Shown here one piece after another: positions 49,671-59,408 of a stretch of DNA of 64,000 nucleotides. Source of the stretch: an uncultured virus (IMG/VR IMGVR_UViG_3300025769_000092). Its lineage: Duplodnaviria; Heunggongvirae; Uroviricota; Caudoviricetes. The DNA lies in IMG/VR virus record IMGVR_UViG_3300025769_000092, one strand, 5' to 3'. The notes under the pieces were generated by a model. The model worked only from the letters and a program-made list of their open reading frames with translations, did not search any database and was not told where the DNA came from. The position numbers were made by a program, and so were the translations under genes. Position 1 is the stretch's first letter, and every line of letters begins with the position of its first letter.

Positions 49671-50169
49671 AATCAATAGTAAAAACTTTAAAATATTCTT
49701 TATATTCTTCTCTAGGTATTAAATATCCTCTAGTGTCTGAATTTAAATCACCAGAGTCTTTAGTTTCTCTGAAATCATTTTCTTTTATTAATTTTTTTAA
49801 TTCGCTAACACTTATTGACCAATACTTTTTAAAGAATGGGAAATAATAAATAAATGTTTCTGCTTGAGTAACTGTGATACCAGATGGTTTATTTCTAGAC
49901 TGGAATTCTATAAATAAGTTCCCACTATCTTTAGGTTCTACCCATATTTCACCAAATGGTAACATTAAATACCTACCTGGTGCGCACCAAACATCTGTTT
50001 TAACTTCTAGTGTCGTTTCTCTACCACTAGGTGTCTCCATTTTTATATCGTACTTGTTATCCTTATTATCATTAATAAGTTTTAAACCTTTCTTATTAAA
50101 TTCTTTGATTAACACTAGTTCACCTCTTTCACCAACGTCAATATCTTGATTAAAATTATATTCTGCCAT
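49654..50169 (-). CDS. PD-(D/E)XK nuclease-like protein
   Basis: GERGE...YDI...LEVKTD...SGNLFIE...PSGI. Confidence 0.65.
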   Translation of the reverse strand: MAEYNFNQDIDVGERGELVLIKEFNKKGLKLINDNKDNKYDIKMETPSGRETTLEVKTDVWCAPGRYLMLPFGEIWVEPKDSGNLFIEFQSRNKPSGITVTQAETFIYYFPFFKKYWSISVSELKKLIKENDFRETKDSGDLNSDTRGYLIPREEYKEYFKVFTIDYEWEK

Positions 50170-50174
50170 AACTT

Positions 50175-50531
50175 TTATTTTTTATAAATTGCGGTATCTC
50201 CCTCTCTATCGTATTTTTGGAATATACATGTAAATGAACAAGTATATTCAGTACTCTTATTGAAAACCCTGTGAAAATCTCCAGCTTTAATTAAGAAAAC
50301 ATCATCCGCTTTTGCATGATGATATTCATTATCAATTTGCATAAGTGCCTCTCCAGAAGTAAAAATATATACTTCTTCTTCATTCTCATGAAAATGCCCA
50401 TTAGTTTTCTGCCCTGGGTTTAAGAGCGTACTAGAATATGTAAGGTTTTTAAGATAATTATTATCTATTAATAAGTAGGTGTCATTATCTTTAACAACAT
50501 CACCTCCTACATCGTTAAGGTTTACTTTCAT
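50175..50531 (-). CDS. cupin domain protein
   Basis: GHFHENEEEVYIF...IKAGDFHRVFN. Confidence 0.85.
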   Translation of the reverse strand: MKVNLNDVGGDVVKDNDTYLLIDNNYLKNLTYSSTLLNPGQKTNGHFHENEEEVYIFTSGEALMQIDNEYHHAKADDVFLIKAGDFHRVFNKSTEYTCSFTCIFQKYDREGDTAIYKK

Positions 50532-50539
50532 ATTATTAT

Positions 50540-50872
50540 TTATTTTATACTATCAATTAAATTTCTTATTACACCATCAAAATATGCTACATGTTTATAA
50601 TCACCACCAGATATAGCGTTGTGAGCTCTTAAATCATTAAGAAGTATCATAGGATTTTTCTTAGTTGGTTTTACTGTTGTATTACCTTTTGATGATTTGC
50701 TACCAGATAGCTGGTTGTACAACTCTTCAATACTTATACTCACGGTACCACTTCTTTTACCTTTAAGTTTCATTAAAATCTTTTGGTCAGCAGTTAATGT
50801 GACCATTATTTCTTTCTCTTCAGATAACACAGTAGATTCTCTGGTTATATCTTTCTCTAATTTAGTCGCCAT
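50540..50872 (-). CDS. hypothetical protein
   Basis: ORF track. Confidence 0.7.
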   Translation of the reverse strand: MATKLEKDITRESTVLSEEKEIMVTLTADQKILMKLKGKRSGTVSISIEELYNQLSGSKSSKGNTTVKPTKKNPMILLNDLRAHNAISGGDYKHVAYFDGVIRNLIDSIK

Positions 50873-50946
50873 TGGTTATTAATTTAACTTTTAAGCAAAT
50901 ATATGTAATTTCTTTTGTATTTGCAAATATTTATAATAAAAACTTT

Positions 50947-51714
50947 ATGAAGAATCTGATTTTAGAGCATTTAAGAGCGTTTAGTGAGGGTAGGAAACAA
51001 ACTCATACTGCTATGAATAGGCCAGATGGTGCTAATAAAGATTTTTTTGGTTTCAGTGGTAGCCTAGAAAAGTTTGAATTTGAATCTAAATTAATGCAAT
51101 CAATAGTTGATAGTAATAGAGATGCTTTTAACCCAAAGAGTGGTGAGGGTCTTTATGAATTCCAATTGATTATTGGTAATGGTGGTAATTTTAGAATTAA
51201 AGGTAAACAAAACAGTATCGGTTCTAAGAGGGATTGTGGTAGTGATAGTGGTGTTAAGGGTAATACAGTTTATTTTTATATATGTGCAAACAATGATATC
51301 CAAGTCGATGAATTAATAAGTTATAAGAGTAAGTTGTTTAATAAAGATATTGAGAATGTGTATGTTACACCAGCTGATATGGCTTTTGTTAAATTAATGT
51401 CTGAACCTACTAGTCAAAGAATTAGAGATATAATTGATGGTGCTAGTGGTTATGATGACGGTAAGGGCTTAGAAATCCAGAAACAAACTATGGACCCTAA
51501 GTGGGCATATAAGTTAGATAGAGAGGCTAAGGAGAAAGAAAGACTAAAAAATAAATCTCAAGTGTCAATGCCTGTTGATAAAGCTGAGTTATATAATCGA
51601 CTTCAAAATATAGTAAAGAAAAGGTTGAGTGCTACAAAACTTAGAGATAGAGATGCTATTAAAAAGTTTAAAAACCAAGAAAAAGAATTAGAAAAAGAAT
51701 TAGAAAATTTTTAA
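50947..51714 (+). CDS. hypothetical protein
   Basis: ORF; start moved to ATG after ATATTTATA motif. Confidence 0.7.
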   Translation: MKNLILEHLRAFSEGRKQTHTAMNRPDGANKDFFGFSGSLEKFEFESKLMQSIVDSNRDAFNPKSGEGLYEFQLIIGNGGNFRIKGKQNSIGSKRDCGSDSGVKGNTVYFYICANNDIQVDELISYKSKLFNKDIENVYVTPADMAFVKLMSEPTSQRIRDIIDGASGYDDGKGLEIQKQTMDPKWAYKLDREAKEKERLKNKSQVSMPVDKAELYNRLQNIVKKRLSATKLRDRDAIKKFKNQEKELEKELENF

Positions 51715-51764
51715 TATTATTCATTGTTTTAAATCTAATAAAAGATAATTAAAATAAATAAATA

Positions 51765-52025
51765 ATGCAAGAAAAAAAAATAATGGAACAGAAAATAAGT
51801 TTAGCGGTAGTTATAAAGGTTGTAGTTTTTGTGAGCTCCCTTTTAGGTGTTTGGTACAATACTAAGTATCAAGTAGATTCTCTTACTGAAAAGGTTGAGG
51901 AATTGAGGAGTCAAAATAGAAACTTCAATATTGAGGTGATTAAAAACGATATTAAATACAATAGAGAGCACATCGATAGGTTGGAAACTGAGTTGGGTAA
52001 AAAACAAAACAAAAAAGAAAAATAA
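51765..52025 (+). CDS. single-pass membrane coiled-coil protein
   Basis: N-terminal TM helix followed by heptad pattern. Confidence 0.65.
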   Translation: MQEKKIMEQKISLAVVIKVVVFVSSLLGVWYNTKYQVDSLTEKVEELRSQNRNFNIEVIKNDIKYNREHIDRLETELGKKQNKKEK

Positions 52026-52040
52026 ACATAATAAATTATT

Positions 52041-52457
52041 ATGAAAAATTTTATTAAAACATTATTAAGAGAGGGCTTGGATGACGGTGGTATGACTGAT
52101 AGAAGCCTAATGGAGAAGTTTATAGCCTTTTGTAACGATTACCTAGAGCTTAAGACTCCTTGTAAAATAAAATTGACTAGTGATAGGGATTCTAATGGTA
52201 TTAGAACAACAGCTTATTATAGTATATTAGATAAGATTATTTGTGTATATGTAAAAGATAGAGCAATAATGGATATAATGCGTTCTGTTGCACATGAGTT
52301 AGTACATCATCATCAAAACGAAAGAGGTGATTTACATGGTAGACCAGAAGAGGGGGCCGATGGGTCACCGATAGAGAATGAGGCAAATGCTAAGGCTGGT
52401 GAAATTATCAGAATTTTCGGTAAACAAAACCCAGAAATTTATAGAAATAATAAATAG
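52041..52457 (+). CDS. zincin-like metallopeptidase domain protein
   Basis: RSVAHELVHHHQ...ENEANAKAG. Confidence 0.7.
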   Translation: MKNFIKTLLREGLDDGGMTDRSLMEKFIAFCNDYLELKTPCKIKLTSDRDSNGIRTTAYYSILDKIICVYVKDRAIMDIMRSVAHELVHHHQNERGDLHGRPEEGADGSPIENEANAKAGEIIRIFGKQNPEIYRNNK

Positions 52458-52563
52458 TAGATAATTTATTTGTCCCATGTCCCGAAACACGGGACAAAGT
52501 TTAATCATTAATTTAATAAAAAGTTTCAGAATTCAATGTTATTATTAAATTGGAGGATGAGAT

Positions 52564-52782
52564 ATGTTACCAGAGGATATAAAAAAATTGGTGATTAAAT
52601 ATAAAAATGAAATCACAATTCTTAATAAAAATATAGTTGACTTACAAGAAAAATGTAGTCATGATAATTATGAAATAAAAAATATTAGCACTAGCACAGG
52701 TGTATTTAGAAATGTGTGTACAACATGTGAAAAAATTATTGGGTATCCAACTGATAAAGAATTTAGAGAAGCTGGTTATTAA
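52564..52782 (+). CDS. small zinc-binding protein
   Basis: CSH...CTTC. Confidence 0.55.
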   Translation: MLPEDIKKLVIKYKNEITILNKNIVDLQEKCSHDNYEIKNISTSTGVFRNVCTTCEKIIGYPTDKEFREAGY

Positions 52783-53078
52783 TTAGTTATTTTTAATCTT
52801 GGTGCTCTGAAACGATGTTCATCACCTATATAAATTATTTTACTAATAAAAAATGATGTATCTTTTAATCGTCTTTTAATGTTGCTATCATAATAGGAAT
52901 GTATTTTTATACTATCTTCGTAGTTTAATTTTTTAGGTACTATAAAATTATTACAACCCCAATGATTATCATCTTCAGATGTTTTATAACAGTATGAATA
53001 CCTCTCATCTCTAAAGATTTCTTTACCGCAACCCATTAAAATAATAATAATACATGTTATTAATAATAATTTACTCAT
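52779..53078 (-). CDS. putative lipoprotein
   Basis: lipobox LMGC. Confidence 0.6.
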   Translation of the reverse strand: MSKLLLITCIIIILMGCGKEIFRDERYSYCYKTSEDDNHWGCNNFIVPKKLNYEDSIKIHSYYDSNIKRRLKDTSFFISKIIYIGDEHRFRAPRLKITN

Positions 53079-53090
53079 CTTTGTTTTTGT

Positions 53091-53336
53091 TTAGTCTAAA
53101 CCTAAATTATGGTCTCCTAATATGTCTCTTATTTTCTCTCTTAGTTTTTCAGCAACTTCATATTCTGCTTCACTTGCTTGCTCGTTGTGTTTCAACAACG
53201 ATACATTATACTTTGTAGTTGACCGTAATAATTGGTCTAAGTCCCACATAGCAAGTTTCCACTTGTAACCATCTAATGCTGTTCTAGCATCTTCTGCTTC
53301 TTCTACTCCATCAAATTCTAAAATAACTTTACTCAT
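53091..53336 (-). CDS. conserved phage hypothetical protein
   Basis: ALDGYKWKLAMWDLDQLLR. Confidence 0.75.
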   Translation of the reverse strand: MSKVILEFDGVEEAEDARTALDGYKWKLAMWDLDQLLRSTTKYNVSLLKHNEQASEAEYEVAEKLREKIRDILGDHNLGLD

Positions 53337-53348
53337 CTTTCATTTGGT

Positions 53349-53570
53349 TTAATAATAATCCTCTTCATCCCAATAAACTTCCTTACCTAATTCTTCGGCA
53401 ACGGCTCGAGACACACTATTTATACTAGCACCTAAAAACTCTTTCCATTCAGTATTAGGATTGGCGATACAACTATTACCACCACTTGTTAGTTTAATTC
53501 TATCTACATCCCATTTGACACCGAAGTAATCAAGAAATTCCTTACATCTATTTAATTCTTTTTCTGTCAT
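53349..53570 (-). CDS. hypothetical protein
   Basis: ORF track. Confidence 0.65.
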   Translation of the reverse strand: MTEKELNRCKEFLDYFGVKWDVDRIKLTSGGNSCIANPNTEWKEFLGASINSVSRAVAEELGKEVYWDEEDYY

Positions 53571-53595
53571 ATTTCAAATATAATAAAAATTATTT

Positions 53596-53985
53596 TTAAT
53601 CCCACCATCCTCTAATATAAAATTCAATTAATTTCCATAGAAGTTTATGGGCTCTTTCTTGTTTTTTCATCGCTTCTTCAAACTCAATCTTTCCCTTATG
53701 CCAGTCATTCATGTATTCTTCATTGTATACTTTATCCATCAGTCTAACAACCATTCTAATCTTTTGGGCATCAATATGTGAGTTAGCACCATAGGCTTCA
53801 TGGGATTCCATAAAATCCGCTTGTTTCAATAACTGGTGTTTGAATACTTCTAATGAGTAATAGTAATCAAAATCAAATTGTTTCCATATTATAGGAATCC
53901 AACCAATAAGATTTTTAATCTGTCTCCATTTTCTACGAGGCCAGTAATTAATGTTTCTCCAAACGTCTTTTAATTTATTTTTCAT
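53596..53985 (-). CDS. conserved phage hypothetical protein
   Basis: WIPIIWKQFDFDY...IRGWWD; start adjusted. Confidence 0.7.
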   Translation of the reverse strand: MKNKLKDVWRNINYWPRRKWRQIKNLIGWIPIIWKQFDFDYYYSLEVFKHQLLKQADFMESHEAYGANSHIDAQKIRMVVRLMDKVYNEEYMNDWHKGKIEFEEAMKKQERAHKLLWKLIEFYIRGWWD

Positions 53986-54226
53986 TTTGTTCCAAATAAG
54001 CACGTAATTTTTTTAAATCCTCTTTTTTAAATATTGTACTATCCCAATCACCAAATCTGCTTTTATAACCAAAAGCATACTTTAACCCTCGCCATAGTCT
54101 TTTAAAAAAGTTTCTGTGAGTTGTCAAGTGTGGTTCGCAATATAAGTTACCATCTTCTTCATCATACCAAAAAATTACTTGGTGTTCAAGCGAGTGGCAT
54201 TCGCATATCATTACTATTCTATCCAT
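53975..54226 (-). CDS. hypothetical protein
   Basis: ICECHSLEH...FFKRLWRGLKYAFG. Confidence 0.7.
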   Translation of the reverse strand: MDRIVMICECHSLEHQVIFWYDEEDGNLYCEPHLTTHRNFFKRLWRGLKYAFGYKSRFGDWDSTIFKKEDLKKLRAYLEQNEK

Positions 54227-54274
54227 AATTCCGTAATTTTTAAAGTCGTTTTAATATTGGTCCATTTAAGTTAC

Positions 54275-54382
54275 TCATCTTTGTTTTGGTTTATCGAAGA
54301 ATATCCAATTAGCTTTTCCATTCCTCCCTATTTTGGAAATTTTACTAGATATTTCTTTTAGTTTATCTTTTAACTTACTCAT
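54275..54382 (-). CDS. mini-protein (35 aa) between junction repeats
   Basis: MSKLKDKL...FDKPKQR; starts and stops inside the repeat. Confidence 0.45.
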   Translation of the reverse strand: MSKLKDKLKEISSKISKIGRNGKANWIFFDKPKQR

Positions 54383-54489
54383 CTTTGTTTTGGTTTTCCT
54401 CCCCATATTTTTATTGTCATATCTCTTGCGGGTGATGGCTTTAATCTATTCCACCTATCTATCCAATGTTGCCTTTCTTCTTTACTCAT
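54379..54489 (-). CDS. mini-protein (36 aa) between junction repeats
   Basis: MSKEERQHWIDRW...GGKPKQR; ATGA overlap with the next ORF. Confidence 0.5.
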   Translation of the reverse strand: MSKEERQHWIDRWNRLKPSPARDMTIKIWGGKPKQR

Positions 54490-54862
54490 CTTTGTTTTGG
54501 TTTAATAAATTCATAAAATCTATATCTTTATCTAATATCTCAATAGGTACAGGACTCTTTTCTATAATATTCTCTAATACATCTTGTACATATGGTCTAA
54601 ACCAATACATACCATCTTTTAATCCATAACCGCTTTTACGACATTGATAACAACTACCACTATGGCCTTCAAAATAGTAATAATCTTCATCTTCTTCAAT
54701 ACCAACGACACCCGAATTCATTTTCCATCTGTCACCATCTAGATATCCACCTCTCCATCCACCGAATACTCGGTAATAGGTTTCATTACCTTCAATTTTA
54801 AGGATAACCCAACTTTCTGGTTTTTCTGTTATATTTCTGATATCAAATATTTTATCTTCCAT
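54482..54862 (-). CDS. conserved phage hypothetical protein
   Basis: PESWVILK...GGYLDGDRWKMNSG...GHSGSCYQC. Confidence 0.8.
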   Translation of the reverse strand: MEDKIFDIRNITEKPESWVILKIEGNETYYRVFGGWRGGYLDGDRWKMNSGVVGIEEDEDYYYFEGHSGSCYQCRKSGYGLKDGMYWFRPYVQDVLENIIEKSPVPIEILDKDIDFMNLLNQNKDE

Positions 54863-54865
54863 AAC

Positions 54866-55069
54866 TTATTTATAATTTGTAAGAAACTCTTTGGGTATGT
54901 CTTTACTTAATCCTTTCATAATATTCTCTTTGATATATTTAATGTCTTCCTCGTCTTTAATATCCTTAATTATTTCTCTAAACTTAATTAAGAAATCAAC
55001 ATTCTCACTTTCACCATAGACATTAACTATTCTATCATGTAACCATTGTAAGTGTTCTGAATTTGTCAT
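54866..55069 (-). CDS. hypothetical protein
   Basis: LQWLHDRIVNVYGESENVDF. Confidence 0.7.
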   Translation of the reverse strand: MTNSEHLQWLHDRIVNVYGESENVDFLIKFREIIKDIKDEEDIKYIKENIMKGLSKDIPKEFLTNYK

Positions 55070-55081
55070 ATTTTTTATATT

Positions 55082-55312
55082 TTAATATCCGTAATTCACT
55101 TTAATTGCCTTTGACTGATGTTTTCCTTCCTCACCAAAATGTTCCATCACCTCAATAGCAATATCTGTATCCAATTGACATATTACTGCCGAAAAGTAAC
55201 TTAACATAGATGATTTATCATCAGTTAATGTCATACCAAATTCAAACATAAATTCTTCTATCTCTGAAATAATAGTATTTACTTTTCCTTGTCTTTCTCT
55301 ATCTAATTTCAT
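55082..55312 (-). CDS. hypothetical protein
   Basis: ORF track. Confidence 0.65.
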   Translation of the reverse strand: MKLDRERQGKVNTIISEIEEFMFEFGMTLTDDKSSMLSYFSAVICQLDTDIAIEVMEHFGEEGKHQSKAIKVNYGY

Positions 55313-55330
55313 CTTTGTTTTGTTTGATAT

Positions 55331-55612
55331 TTAGTATTTTTTTAAATCTTTAAACGCCTCAATATCAAAAAACTCACTCTCTATTTTACCCATAACATCC
55401 TTTAAGAATCTACCTTGAGTTTCGTAATCCATATTGGTTATGGCAAATTTAATAGACATAGATAATGATGAGGTTAATAAACCAACCAGTTCTAAATCAG
55501 ACATTCTATTATCTTCTTGGAAGTATTTAAAGTTAAGGTATATCCTACCATCATCTTTAACATTACCTTCTAAAATGATTCTTTTTAATTCTTCTTTACT
55601 CATCTTCTCCAT
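55331..55612 (-). CDS. hypothetical protein
   Basis: ORF track. Confidence 0.65.
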   Translation of the reverse strand: MEKMSKEELKRIILEGNVKDDGRIYLNFKYFQEDNRMSDLELVGLLTSSLSMSIKFAITNMDYETQGRFLKDVMGKIESEFFDIEAFKDLKKY

Positions 55613-55765
55613 TTCTTAGTTTGTAAAGTCTCGTTTAATTTGTTTTCTCTTTAGTTCACTTACACCCGATGGCATGACAGTAGGCTTGTAATATTTTGTT
55701 CCGCATGAAGTCATTGCTATAAGGAAAAGCATCGATATTAATTTTTCACTCATCTTTGTTTTGTT

Positions 55766-56134
55766 TTATATCCATCCTTTTTTTCTAACCTGTTGTAAAA
55801 GATTAGTTAAGTTTATAAATTTAGAGTCACCTATTTCTTTTCTCAGATTTGTTACTTCAATATTTTCATTATCTTCTAACACATCAATTAAGAAATCTTT
55901 ATTATCCCAGTAATCACTATTGTTTTTATTGGCATGGCCTTCTGTATAGTAGGTTACATTTTGAGTACCTTCCCATATTTCATCATCATCATTTAGTAAA
56001 ACACTAAACTCAAAATAACCACAATCACTAATAGAAGAGTAATAAAATGTTACTGAATTTTCATTTACTTTAGTCTCTTCTACTGGTACTAAATTGTACT
56101 CTACCCCATCTAATATTATTGTCTTATTATTCAT
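55766..56134 (-). CDS. hypothetical protein
   Basis: ORF track. Confidence 0.7.
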   Translation of the reverse strand: MNNKTIILDGVEYNLVPVEETKVNENSVTFYYSSISDCGYFEFSVLLNDDDEIWEGTQNVTYYTEGHANKNNSDYWDNKDFLIDVLEDNENIEVTNLRKEIGDSKFINLTNLLQQVRKKGWI

Positions 56135-56258
56135 ATTTTTAATCTATTAATTCATCTATGTTTTATACCCCTTCGGGTATGTTTCAATTAATTTAACTCA
56201 TTTTATACCTTAACGGGTATATGGGATAGAATTCTTATTAAATGCTGTTTGATAATTC

Positions 56259-56441
56259 TTATTTGTTGTATTGTTTTAATTCTTTCTCCATATCTAACAT
56301 GATAAATGATTGTTTTTTAATCATAGCCCTATACTTGAATATGTAAGAGGTTTGAAATGCTAACATGATTGCAAACATTGCTATATAGGCATACCAAATC
56401 AAACTCTTTGGTGGGTCTAACCTTTTTAAATTAGTTTTCAT
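56259..56441 (-). CDS. small membrane protein
   Basis: one TM helix. Confidence 0.6.
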   Translation of the reverse strand: MKTNLKRLDPPKSLIWYAYIAMFAIMLAFQTSYIFKYRAMIKKQSFIMLDMEKELKQYNK

Positions 56442-56568
56442 CTTTGTTTTGTTTTATATATTGTCCACATTTTCTTTTCACACTCTTGAGAACAAATTGT
56501 ACCTTTTCCTTTGAATTTGGTCCCACACATATCACATATATTGTATTCTATTTTATTTTTCATATATT

Positions 56569-57807
56569 TTAAAAAGGTAAATCTTCAATCCAGTTTCCAT
56601 TAATATCTCTACTATGACCAAGTTTTGTAGCTGGTTCAACATCTATACTTAAACCAATCTCTTTATTAAAGTTATTAACTTTTTCAATAACCATATTTAA
56701 TAATGATTCTGGTGGGTTTGAGTTTGAGTGACCTCTTAATTGCCCCACCCTTAGAAATTTACTATGCTTATTACTATTGGAAGAAATACTAAATGAAGAT
56801 TCTGTGTTTAATTCTAGGGTGTAACCATTTACTCTAAAAATACCACAATTACCGTTTTCTACCTTGTTAATATAAGTACCAACACAATGATTTTGTTTTT
56901 TACCCTCATAAGCCATTTCTTTAGTACTTTGTATGATTTCTATTTTAGAAAATCTTGAGAACTTTAAATATATGTCAGAAATTTTCATTTTTCTATCAGC
57001 ACCAATAAATATAATATCGTTAATCACTTTAACAAAGTTATCGTGTTCTTGTCTTAATCTTTTTGATGACCATGAACAATTAACTTTTTCATCAAGTATT
57101 TTTGCCATTTTAAGTGTATCCCTAAATATATTTAATTCACCTCTATCTGAGGTCCACTCTTTTTTTAATGACTCAACATTTTTAATATATTTTAAATAGT
57201 ATTTAAAGTAGTATTTAACCCAGTGGTCATTTGAAGTGTGTAATATTAAGGCCACTGGTTTTGGTACTTTATATTCAAACTGTAAAGCCTTTTTAAGATT
57301 ATATAGTTTGTTTTTTATAATTGTATTAAACGCTATATTTTGTAAAACATTGTGTTCTCTAATAAACCTAATCCATGTAAATTTATTTTGTAGTTCATTT
57401 AATATAAGTTCAACCTGTATAGATTCTTTCAAACCTATTTGGTATTGTGGGAATGCACTAGATAAAAAGTTCATAGTTAGTGGTCTAACGTTTTTTGATT
57501 TACCCATGTTATCTATTATCCAGAATTTACCTTCTTTATAAGTTATAGTTAATAGTCTTTTTTCTGAACTATAAATTCTATTTGTTATGCTTATACCATA
57601 TTTTTTCCTAAAATAAACTATAGAGAACTCTCCATTTTTTTCTTTAAATAAAACTAACCTAAAGTTTTCATAACCAACTGAGTCATTCATATAGACTACT
57701 CTAGCCAGGTATTTATCTTTATTATATAATTTAAATAAATGGTCAACTTTTGGAGAGGTTGCTTCATGTAACACATTATACTCTGTTTTATCATTCTTAT
57801 TACTCAT
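56569..57807 (-). CDS. PcfJ-like domain protein
   Basis: EGKKQNHCVGTY...YTLEL...QLRGHSN. Confidence 0.75.
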   Translation of the reverse strand: MSNKNDKTEYNVLHEATSPKVDHLFKLYNKDKYLARVVYMNDSVGYENFRLVLFKEKNGEFSIVYFRKKYGISITNRIYSSEKRLLTITYKEGKFWIIDNMGKSKNVRPLTMNFLSSAFPQYQIGLKESIQVELILNELQNKFTWIRFIREHNVLQNIAFNTIIKNKLYNLKKALQFEYKVPKPVALILHTSNDHWVKYYFKYYLKYIKNVESLKKEWTSDRGELNIFRDTLKMAKILDEKVNCSWSSKRLRQEHDNFVKVINDIIFIGADRKMKISDIYLKFSRFSKIEIIQSTKEMAYEGKKQNHCVGTYINKVENGNCGIFRVNGYTLELNTESSFSISSNSNKHSKFLRVGQLRGHSNSNPPESLLNMVIEKVNNFNKEIGLSIDVEPATKLGHSRDINGNWIEDLPF

Positions 57808-57879
57808 ATATTAAAATTTTTATTTGGTTGTGTACAAATATAGAATAAAATTTGTAAAAAAACAAATTATTTTTAATTT

Positions 57880-58131
57880 TTAATATATAGACCTTATCTC
57901 TATTAGACCTTTATCGTAATCTTCTTTCTTTTTTTTTAGGAAAGCTCTAGCGACAGTTCTAATATGTCCATCCGTATAAGGTGGTGTTAATATACCGTCA
58001 GCTAGTCTAGCAATTTGGTTTATTGCACTAGTTCTACTTCTTTCCCTACCCTTTATATACTGGTATACTGCTGGATGGTCGTCTGGTATTGAAACTTTAA
58101 TAAATTCTTTAATTATTTCTGAATCACTCAT
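57880..58131 (-). CDS. hypothetical protein
   Basis: ORF track. Confidence 0.65.
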   Translation of the reverse strand: MSDSEIIKEFIKVSIPDDHPAVYQYIKGRERSRTSAINQIARLADGILTPPYTDGHIRTVARAFLKKKKEDYDKGLIEIRSIY

Positions 58132-58204
58132 TGATTTTATTTAAAAAAAGTGTATATTGGTTATAATTATAAATAATAGATAAAAAAGTAAAAATTAAAA
58201 TCTT

Positions 58205-58525
58205 ATGAATTTAGAAATAACAGACAGCGAAATTGACAACCTTTTATCTAAAGGTGGTATAACAGTATTAGATTTTTGGGCACCATGGTGTGGGCCTTGT
58301 AAGAGTTATGGACCTATAATTGAAGGGTTCGCTAAAGATAATGAAAGTAGGTCTGATTTACACATCAGAAAAATTAATGTAGATGAGAATCCAGTAATGG
58401 CTCAGAAACATGGTATTAGAAGTATACCTACTACAATTATTTTTAAAGATGGGCAACTAATAACAAAAGTTCCTGGTGTGATACAAAAAAATAAATTAGA
58501 TGAATTTGTGGGTAATTTATCTTAA
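58205..58525 (+). CDS. trxA: thioredoxin
   Basis: DFWAPWCGPCK, INVDEN, IRSIPT. Confidence 0.93.
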   Translation: MNLEITDSEIDNLLSKGGITVLDFWAPWCGPCKSYGPIIEGFAKDNESRSDLHIRKINVDENPVMAQKHGIRSIPTTIIFKDGQLITKVPGVIQKNKLDEFVGNLS

Positions 58526-58554
58526 TTGAGGATATTTATAATAAAGAGTAAATT

Positions 58555-58875
58555 GTGGACATAAGAGATAAAATAAGAAAAGCTCTCACAGAAGTATATG
58601 GTAATTTTGAGACTTACCTTGAGTCTGAGTATGAGAAATATATCTCTGATAATCTAACGAATGCTTCTATGTCCAACAAGAGAAAGTGGATAACCTACAA
58701 TCAAGTTATATTAGAATTGAAGCATAACATTAAAAATATGCTTAAGGTTAAAGAATTACAATACAAGCTTACTGAAGATGCGGAACCTAGAGAAGTGTGT
58801 ATCGAGGTGATAGAAACTTTGGAAATTAAAACTCCAGAACTCGAAAGACTTTATTATAAAATAAGAAATTTTTAA
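58555..58875 (+). CDS. hypothetical protein
   Basis: ORF; WITYN...ELQYKLTE is similar to the next gene. Confidence 0.7.
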   Translation: MDIRDKIRKALTEVYGNFETYLESEYEKYISDNLTNASMSNKRKWITYNQVILELKHNIKNMLKVKELQYKLTEDAEPREVCIEVIETLEIKTPELERLYYKIRNF

Positions 58876-58991
58876 AAAAAAATGGCCATACAAAACGTAT
58901 GGTCATATCTCTGAAAAAAGTTAGTGTTAACCCAGTAGATTGGTTTGTTTTATGATATTTATTATAAATAACAATTACTAAATTAATACTA

Positions 58992-59327
58992 ATGGATGAC
59001 TTTGATTTCACTATAAAATCTGGGTCTGGTAAGTACTCAAATCTAGATAAGGAGTATGGTAATTTCCTTAAAACAATAACACAAAAATTAGACGGAGAAA
59101 AATTATATAGGTGGGAAAGCTACAACCTAATAATTGAAGAGTTAATTAAGGAAAATAAATTATCTACATTTGAAGAGGTAAAATACAGATTGACAGATGG
59201 GGAAGACCCAAATAACGTAATGTTAGATATTATAACAAGAGAGAATAATTCGAATGGATTAATGTGGTTGATGAAAAAACGTATTGAAGAATATAAGAAT
59301 GAAGATTTCTTTGACCAATTTTATTAA
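58992..59327 (+). CDS. hypothetical protein
   Basis: WESYN...EVKYRLTDGEDP; likely paralog of the previous gene. Confidence 0.7.
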   Translation: MDDFDFTIKSGSGKYSNLDKEYGNFLKTITQKLDGEKLYRWESYNLIIEELIKENKLSTFEEVKYRLTDGEDPNNVMLDIITRENNSNGLMWLMKKRIEEYKNEDFFDQFY

Positions 59328-59408
59328 CTAAAAAAGAGAGGTGGCTAATGCTACCTTTTTTTTTATTGATTATTTTAAATATTTGTAGTATATTTGTAAA
59401 AAAGTTTT

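Larger units (their letters stand above)
54271..54503 (-). repeat. three exact 22-bp direct repeats (AAACCAAAACAAAGATGAGTAA on minus strand)
   Basis: ttactcatctttgttttggttt at 54271, 54375, 54482. Confidence 0.9.

Noticed and set aside
54271..54503. CRISPR array
   Set aside because: Spacers of 82-85 bp are open reading frames, the repeat is non-palindromic and encodes start/stop codons, and no cas genes are present
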